DNA from: Octopus sinensis
Taxonomy: Eukaryota
Length of the DNA stretch: 64,000 bases
NCBI RefSeq assembly: GCF_006345805.1
Contig: NC_043009.1
Location: 53,692,001-53,756,000, forward strand
Direction: 5' to 3'
Below the pieces are notes generated by a model, which was not told the DNA's origin, searched no databases, and worked only from the letters and a program-made list of their open reading frames with translations. Made by a program: the position numbers and the translations under genes. Of this stretch, positions 55,437-64,000 are shown piece by piece; the stretch's first letter is position 1; each line of letters begins with the position of its first letter.

Positions 55437-55740
55437 AGGTACGTGGCTTAGTAGTTAAGGTAATTGACTCACGACGGTTAGGTCTTGAGTGCTATTCCTC
55501 AAACAAGACACCTTTCTTCATGTTGCACTTGTCCACTCAGGCGGTAAAAATGACTTGTACCTCAAAGGGCCGGCCCTGGCACTTTCTGTGTAACACTGAA
55601 TGTCCCTGATATCTACGTGAAGGGTACGCGTGTCTGTAGGGGTACTGTGGTACTTGCACGTTAATTTCATTTGCAGGCTATTCCGTTGACCGGATCAACT
55701 GGAACCTTTGTCGTCGTAACCGATGGTGTGTCAGTATTCA
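55432..55740 (+). mobile_element. Third SINE-like family (S3)
   Basis: tRNA-like head GTGGCTTAGTAGTTAAGG. The 3' part TTGCACGTTAATTTCATTTGCAGGC...CCGATGGTGTGTCAGTATTC recurs at 63255-63392. Confidence 0.55.
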
Positions 55741-55780
55741 CCCTCTACACGCACACACGTACATATATACATACATACAC

Positions 55781-55869
<89 letters not shown>

Positions 55870-56563
55870 TCGTTTATATTTTACTCATTTCTGTCCTTAA
55901 TTTGCGGTCATGGTGATACATCTCGCACAATTTAGTCACGGAACTCAATATCCGTAATTATTTTGTTTGAAAGTCTGAATTGCATTACAGAGCCAACTTT
56001 GGTTATCGAGGGATGGTGTGTAAAAAACCTCAAGGTCAAACAGAAACATTCACACAGGATTTATACGTATGCAACGGCCGTCTTTCAGCTTACGTTAAAG
56101 GAGTAGAACTGAACTCGAAACCATTTGATTCATTACAAACTTAATACCGCCCAGGCACACTTGCGCCTATATTTATCTCAGTGTTTTCCTGCCTATCTGT
56201 CTGTCTCTGTCTGTCTCTCTCTTTCTCAGCACACAAACATACGAACATCACATACACCAGGAATATAATATACGACAAACTTACCATCCAGTATGACTGT
56301 TTTGCCCTAACGCCAAATCTAAGGAGAGTAACGCCCCATGATTTATTGTCTTCCTTACGACAATCTCCGTGAATTTAAAGAGACATTGTGTTTTTATCCA
56401 AAATGGAGATGAACACCATTCCTCCATGTGATCGGCTTGAAATATTTTTAAGATATTAAGATATTTTTGTATTTTTGTTAACATGAAACCAACGTTAGCT
56501 TTAAATCACAAATAAAGATCCACCAATTTTGGGCACTGATTTTCATCTTTAGACATCTACTTG

Positions 56564-56594
<31 letters not shown>

Positions 56595-56596
56595 GG

Positions 56597-56690
<94 letters not shown>

Positions 56691-56696
56691 GTCTGT

Positions 56697-59600
56697 CTCG
56701 TCCTTTACTCTTAGTGGGGGATTGGAATGCTACCTTGGACACGCATATAGACTACGTGGGTAGAGATAGGACCTGCTCAGACGCTTTCAACTGTCTGACA
56801 GGTTCCGACTAGACCACCCGAATGCGCCAACGTGGACATGGAGCAACCGCATCGGGTCGTCGAGATCGTATCTAGATAGGATACTGTGTAGGACAGTAGA
56901 TAGAGATAGCATAGGATGTCCACAATTCCACATAGTCAGCTACACGGATCACAAACTTGTGACATGTACGCTAGACTTAGGTAAGACACTTAGGCAGGGT
57001 CCCGGATACTGGAAACTAACGCGTCTTTCCCATCGAGACAAGTTTTCAGAGACCGGATTAGCACACTAGTAAAGAGGGCTTTGACGGGAGCCATCATCAA
57101 CAACAAATGGTGGTTTGCCCTCAAGAGAGCAGTAAAAGCAGAAGCGATTAGGTACAGCAAAGCACTAGCCATAGATAGAAATAGAGTAGAGGGTGAGCTA
57201 GTTAAGAAGCTAGAAGAGGCAATTAGAAGCGGCATCGCATCCGACGTTTTGGCGGCGAGGTTGGCCTCGACCAACACTTCAACGCCAAACACGAAGGATG
57301 TGCTGTCAGAGCTAGGATGCGTGCTCTAAGGAACGAAGGTGTTGGAGCCGCGAGAGAGGCCCGGGTGGCAGAGGCGCAACAGGGCAACAAAGCCACCTTC
57401 GGTCACTGGTAGATGAACAGGGGCGCGAATTGCTCGAGCCAAGTAAAATGTGTGAGGCCTTTCAGCAGCATTTTGCCCGACTGTTCGGAACGAGTGGAGG
57501 GCAAGAACGTAGGGTGGACTTCAGTGCCTACCTACATAGCCTACCACGACTCTCGACAAGAAAGGCAGGGTGCTGCGAAGGTGCCATCACGGCGGCGGAA
57601 GTGCGGGAAGCGATGACAGAATGCTCGAGGGACAAATCACCGGGTTTGGATGGTCTACCCTACGAGCTTTACAATTGTATGCCAGAATTGTTTGGAGATC
57701 TCTTGGCGGCGGTGTACTGCAACTGGCAGCAAAACGGGAGCATTCCTGGTTTTGTGAGCCGAGGAGCCGTAACACTGCTGAAGAAAGATCTAAACAAGGG
57801 AAATGTAATAGATAACTTTAGGCCCATCACTCTGCTTAATGCAGACTTGAAAATTTTGGCCAAGGTGCTAGCCAAGAGGTTGGCGCTTGTCATCGAGAAA
57901 CTGGTCGACAAGGCGCAAACATGCGCCGTGCCAGGCCGGACCATCCATGACAACCTCCATCTGATGCGCTACATCATAGACAGGGTAGTTAACGAACCTG
58001 GCATGGGTGGGGCCCTGATCAACTTGGATCAATCGAAAGCCTTTGATAGGGTAGACCATCGATACTTGGAGGCAGTCCTGAGAGCGGCTGGTTTCGGTCC
58101 CGTCTTCCGCGGCTGGATAGCTGCCTTGTACAGGGGCATCCGTTCGGTAATTCGTGTAAATGGACATCTATCGAGACCTTTCGACATTGCACGTTCGGTC
58201 CGTCAGGGATGCCCCCTCTCGGCGCTTCTATACGTATTGACTCTTGAGCCACTACTGCGGAAGCTGGCGACTCTAAGGGGCATCCCGCGAGAATTGGGAT
58301 GCGGGACGAGCGTGTCTGCATACGCGGACAACGTCACCGTCATAGTGTCTAGCCACGAGCACATCGAGCTGGTCGGCGAGACACTGAAAAACTACGAAGC
58401 GGTGACAGGAGCGAAAATCAACCGGGAAAAGTCAGTGGGCTTGCGACTAGGCACCTGGAGAAGCAGGCCCATGCCGTCCACCAGCGCCTCCGTCGTGGGA
58501 CGCTGGACCGACGGCCCGGTTGAGTTGCTCGGGGTCTGGTTTGGTCCGGACCTCCAAGTGGAGAAGAACTGGAACGAGATAACGAGTAGGGTGGTCACTC
58601 TCGCCCGGCAATGGGCCGAGAGGAAACTGTCCCTAAAAGGTCGAGCGGAGGTGGCGAACACGTACATCGCGTCCGTCATCTACTACCGCCTGACCGTCGT
58701 ACCTTGTCCCGACCCTACCATCACCAAACTACAACGCATCCTCTTTCGCTTCTTGTGGAAAGGATGCGTCCCGATGGTCAGGCGATCCATTTGCTGTCAA
58801 CACCCGTTAAAAGGGGGCTGGGCATCCGTGGTTGATGATGCGCAGACACGCGCTGAGACTGCGACATCTCTGGCTCTATGTAGACGACGGTGAACAGGTG
58901 TGGTTTCCGTTTGTGAGGCACGCTTTCCCGCAGCTCGTCTCCATGACCGAACTGCAGTCGTGGATCAAAAAGAGGCCGAGGAAGGGCGAATGGCACCGCG
59001 AGTGTCGCGTTGCTCTCAAGCAACTCTGCCGTCCTGGGTCGACTTAAGTGACTTCAACACAACCAAAGCATTCTATAGGGGTTTAGTGGAGGGGAGGTAC
59101 GACGACGAGCTCGGGGCGAACCTGGACGTCGACGAGGAGTACCTGACCGCCTATTCGGGACGACTTTCGGGCCAGGGCCCATGGACAACTTCCAGAGATC
59201 CCTGGCCTGGCAGTGCTACCGAGAAGCGCTACCCGTTCGGGATAAGCTCTACAGACACGGCTCGAGAAACACGGGGCCGACCTGCCCGAGATGCGGTCAG
59301 AGCGACGAAACCGTTCTGCATGCACTCGTTCAGTGTCCAACAATTTCCGACCTGTGGGCTTATGTCGAACAACTGCTGTCACGTGTGGGACGAGTCGGTT
59401 TATCAGCTGAGTCTATCGTCAATATTGTCACGCCTTCTTCCTTCAAACGGGAAGGAAGAGCTATTTTCATCATCCTTGTGGCTATGGCGAAAGAATGTAT
59501 CTGGTGGACGCGTCTGAAAGGATTGGAGACAAACACTTTCCTCTCTGGTCAATCGCTCATCAACTTCTTCAAGTACCACTTGAAAAGGAAAGTGAGAGTA

Positions 59601-60066
59601 GAGAGGCAAGTTTTGTCTAGCGAATGTTTTAAAAAAAGATGGGTGAACGTAGCAAGAATGGCACGTATGAATGACGAGCCACTTGAGCATAGTCCTATGA
59701 ACCCAGAAATCGAAAACAGAGAGTTGCTTATTTGCAAAAAAAAAAGAAATATAAAACGTGACTTCATTGACCGAGGTAACCGTGGTCTTTTCCGTAGGCT
59801 TTTCTTTCCATGGGTAAACCTCACCTGTCCTCCCCTTTACACTTCATATTGACATTTCTGTGATAACGATCCCTATTGATCAATTTTTTTTTCCTCTCCC
59901 CCTTTTTTTTTAACCCCCCTTTTTTGTCCTCTTCCTCTCCTTCTACGATCCCTTTTGATCGAAACTCCCCCTTCCTTTTTTTTTTTTTTTTTAAACCTTC
60001 AAAAGAAAAGCTCTACCTTGTAATTTGTTCTATCTGTGTGCAGCCCTGTGTGGCTAATAAAGAAAC
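56697..60066 (+). mobile_element. 5'-truncated L1/Tx1-clade LINE ORF2 (APE - RT - zf-RVT) with 3' UTR, inactive
   Basis: APE motifs LVGDWNA, SYLDRI and TDHKLV. RT motifs KSPGLDGL, NFRPITLLN, DQSKAFDRVDH, SVRQGCPLS and YADN (catalytic D to N). Zinc finger CPRCGQSDETVLHALVQC. Several frameshifts. AATAAA at 60056. (TATC)n on both sides. Confidence 0.92.
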
Positions 60067-60067
60067 A

Positions 60068-60100
<33 letters not shown>

Positions 60101-60228
60101 GTCTGTCTGTCTATCTAACTATCTATCTATATTTATCTATATCTATCTATATCTATAACTATATATATATGCATGTGTATATGTGAATGTAAAGACACGT
60201 ACTTGCATACATGTGTGTGTATACATAT

Positions 60229-60276
<48 letters not shown>

Positions 60277-60471
60277 ATCTATCTATCTCTCTATCTATCT
60301 ATCTATCTATCTGTCTATCGATCTATCTATATCTATCTATCTATCTATTACTATCTATCTATCTACTATCTATATATCTATCTATCTATCTATCTATCTA
60401 TCGATCTAGCTATCTATGTAACTATCTATCTATCTCTTTCTTTCTTCTCTGTCTATCTGTCATATCTAATA

Positions 60472-60523
<52 letters not shown>

Positions 60524-60575
60524 TGTGTATATGTGAATGTAAAGACACGTACTTGCATACATGTGTGTGTATACA

Positions 60576-60608
<33 letters not shown>

Positions 60609-60736
60609 GTCTGTCTGTCTATCTAACTATCTATCTATATTTATCTATATCTATCTATATCTATAACTATATATATATGCATGTGTATATGTGAATGTAA
60701 AGACACGTACTTGCATACATGTGTGTGTATACATAT

Positions 60737-60770
<34 letters not shown>

Positions 60771-60811
60771 CTCTATCTATCTATCTATCTATCTGTCTAT
60801 CGATCTATCTA

Positions 60812-60867
<56 letters not shown>

Positions 60868-61320
60868 GATCTAGCTATCTATGTAACTATCTATCTATCT
60901 ATCTTTCTGTCTGTCTGTCTATCTAACTATCTATCTATATCTATAATATATATATATATAATATATATATTATATATGCATTGTGTATATGTGAATGTAA
61001 AGACACGTACTTGCATACATGTGTGTGTATACATATCTATCATCTATCTATCTATCTATCTATTATCTATCTATATTATCTATTATATCTGTCTATCTAT
61101 CTATCTATATCTATCTATCTATCTGATCTATCTATCTATCTCTATCTATCTATCTATCGATCTAGCTATCTATGTAACTATCTATCTATCTATCTTTCTG
61201 TCTGTCTGTCTATCTAACTATTATCTATATCTATAATATAATATATATATATATTATAATATATATGCATGTGTATATGTGTATGTAAAGACACGTACTT
61301 GCATACATGTACACACGAAT
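60067..61320. repeat. Compound (TATC)n/(TA)n array with 5 copies of a core of about 55 bp
   Basis: GCAT(T)GTGTATATGTG(A/T)ATGTAAAGACACGTACTTGCATACATGT at 60171, 60521, 60679, 60978 and 61267. Confidence 0.85.
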
Positions 61321-62533
61321 ATGTGTTTGTAAACATATATACGCATACAAACGCACACACATACACACACACATATAAACACCTACACACATATGCTTTG
61401 TTAACATATCTAATAAAGATACTTTAAAAGTGGAAATTTTTTTGCAGCTCATTTGCCAATTTTAATTTCTCTGTTCTGATAATGAAACATTGCTGATTGC
61501 TGAATATTTTATTTTTATTTATTTTGATATTTTTTTTTTTGGTTTTTGTTGTAGCTGTCCTATATGCAGCTGTGGTTATCATCGTTGTTGTTCAATAATG
61601 ATGCTGTTGTTGTTTTTGTTGTTGCTATTGGTATTGTTTCGTGTTTCTTTGATGTTTTTGTTTAGATTCTCTTTTCTTTCTTAACCCATGACCTTATTTC
61701 ATTGTTGACAGCAAATTAATATATAAATAAATAAATGAATAAGTAAATAAATGAATAAATAATTAAATAAAAGAAACAATAAATAGATTTACAAATGAAT
61801 AAATAAATTTATAAATGAATAAATAAAAAAAATCGACAATTTACATTTGAAGTACATTTCTATTACTTGATTGAGAATACTTGAAAACTCGTCAAATTAA
61901 GTAGTAGTAGTAGAAGTAGTAGTAGTAGTAGTAGTTGTAGTAGTAGTAGTAGTAGTAGAAGTAACAGCCGCAGTATTAGTAGTAGTAATAGTAGTAGTAA
62001 TAATAATAATAGTAGTAGTAGTAGTATTGGTTATGGTGGTAGTAGTGATGGCGTGGGTGGAAGTGCTGGTGATGGTTGTGGTGGAGGCGATGGTGGTATC
62101 TGCGGTAGCGCTGCAGTATTAGTAGTTGTAATAGTAGTAATAATAATAATAATAATAATAGTAGTAGTAGTGGTGATGGTGGTAATAGTGATGGCGTGGG
62201 TGGAAGTGCTGGTTGCTGTGATGGTGATGGTGGTGGTGGTGGAAGCGATGGTGGTGTCTGTGGTGGCGGTGGTGCTGGTCATGGTCGTCGTTCTGGTAGA
62301 ATTATTAGCAGTTTTGATATTGTTGGTCATCGTCGCCATCGTTGCCGTGGTGGTCATTGTAGTAGTCATCATCGTGGTAGTAGTGGTGGTGGTGGTAATG
62401 GTGGGGATGGTGATGGTGGGGGTGGTGATGATAGGTGCGGTGATGGTGGTGATGATAGGTGCGGTGATGGTGGTGATGATAGGTGCGGTGATGGTGGTGA
62501 TGATGGGGATCGACATCGTCATTATCGTCTTTT

Positions 62534-62565
<32 letters not shown>

Positions 62566-62570
62566 ATAGT

Positions 62571-62653
<83 letters not shown>

Positions 62654-63399
62654 CAGCAGCAGTAGGTCTGTGGTTGCGATTTTCCAGGCTGCATATTTCC
62701 ATGATTAGTTTGCCGGTACCCTTAGTGGTTCGAAAGGTTTTTGAGCTGTAGTGGTTATGTTTTGTAACTGTGGGGTGCGGCCCGGTCCGGGCTCTGGTGG
62801 TAAGAGTACAGTGCTATATGATTGATGTTGTTATGGTTGTGGCAGTAGTAGTGGTGATAATGGTGGAACTGTCGCAGTTAATGATAATGGGACGGCATTA
62901 GATTTTTCTGAAAGTGCGTCTGGATGATGATCGATGCCGCAGAAGTGAAGCTAGTTGTTGAGAAGTTTTTGCTAGTGCCCGTTGTAATGTAGATGTTGTC
63001 GTTGTCTTCTTCTTCTTTTTCTTCTTCTTCTTCTTCTTCTTCTTCTTCTTCTCTTCTTCTTCTTCTTCTTCTTTCTGCTCTTCTCATAATCTTCTTCTTC
63101 ATCGTCTTATTCTTCTATTCTTCTCTCTTCTTCGTCTTCTTCATATCTTTTTCGTCTTTTTTCTTTTTTTTCTTCAAAAATCTTCTTCTCTTCTTCTTCG
63201 TCTTCTTCTTCTTCTCTTCTTCTTCTTCTTCTTCTTCTTTCGTTTCCTGCAACATATGTGGTATACACAAGTGGATCTATCAAGGACTGTGGGGTACTCT
63301 GCCATTTGCACGTTAATTTCATTTGCAGGCTGTTCCGTTGACCGGATCAACCGGAACCTTCGTCGTCGTACCGATGGTGTGTCAGTATTCACCCCACCA

Positions 63400-63431
<32 letters not shown>

Positions 63432-63504
63432 GATATATATATATATATATTTATATACACAAATAGATAGATAGATAAATAGATAGATAGACAGATAGAT
63501 ACCG

Positions 63505-63945
63505 TTAGATTCATCAGTAAGAAATAGCCAAGTCGGAACAGATATTTTTCACGAGGCATTCCCGTCCCTGCCTCGGCAGGGACACTCGTGAAAAATATCT
63601 GTTCCGACTTGGCTATTTCTTACTGATGAATCTAAGGGCCTATGGTAGATTGGCTTGATTTAATTTAATCAGGTTAGTTTACCATTAAACAGTAGATGAA
63701 ACGGTGCATCGTATAAGAAATTACAGGGTAAATGTTTTTTTAATTTTCTCCTGGTTTACGGAATTGATGTTATTTTGCGGTTGAAGCTTTTGGCTGTTAT
63801 TTCTAGTGAGGTGAATGGCCTATTATGGCCGTTCCTTGATTGTGATGTTGAACTTAAAAATGGTCTATGACTATTTAATTTTTTCCCACTAGGCCGCTGG
63901 TGGCAAAAAAAATTCTACAAAATTTTTTGCCACCCTATATTGATT
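63505..63945 (+). mobile_element. Probable Penelope-like pseudo-LTR with inverted 5' partial copy
   Basis: Perfect 51-bp inverted arms (63505-63555 / 63585-63635) and a hammerhead at 63615-63721, between (GATA)n and (TA)n tracts. Confidence 0.55.
63615..63721 (+). ncRNA. Type I hammerhead ribozyme with extended stem II
   Basis: Stem I ATTTCTTA/TAAGAAAT (8 bp). Core CTGATGA at 63623-29. Stem II ATCTA/TAGAT encloses a long hairpin (ATGGTA/TACCAT plus 13 WC or wobble pairs). GAAA at 63698-701. Stem III ACGG-TGCA-TCGT. Predicted cleavage after UA at 63713. Confidence 0.85.
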
Positions 63946-63946
63946 A

Positions 63947-63990
<44 letters not shown>

Positions 63991-64000
63991 ATATAATATA

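Noticed and set aside
56285-56435. Open minus-strand segment ending in a strong ATG|GTAAGT donor (…KTINHGALLSLDLALGQNSHTG)
   Set aside because: The acceptor region is A-rich with no pyrimidine tract, and similarity to the GABA-B N-terminal strand is too weak. RNA-seq would be needed.

Overview
AT-rich, microsatellite-saturated eukaryotic DNA that is almost all intronic or intergenic. The SINE families and repeat landscape resemble those of octopus, so a coleoid cephalopod source is an inference, not a search result. One host exon is well supported: a 171-bp phase 0/0 exon on the minus strand (28171-28341) encoding part of the Venus-flytrap domain of a GABA-B-receptor-like class C GPCR. The rest is mobile-element debris: at least three tRNA-type SINE families, Dong/R4-type RLE LINE 3' ends in (AAT)n, a 3.4-kb Tx1/L1 LINE in (TATC)n, a CR1/L2-group LINE end, decayed Tc1/mariner transposons, a 10 x 74-bp minisatellite and a 671-bp tandem duplication. 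The most striking unannotated signal is about 11 type I hammerhead ribozyme motifs from several unrelated families: about 6 with intact or compensated cores, the rest decayed. Many sit in short elements that abut TA/GATA microsatellites and carry a fold-back (inverted partial copy) end, as expected for Penelope-like pseudo-LTRs. One family has a compensatory U3-A8 core, and in two elements a perfect antisense arm would sequester the ribozyme. Nearly all ORFs in the supplied track are translations of simple repeats. No prokaryotic features or CRISPR arrays were found.
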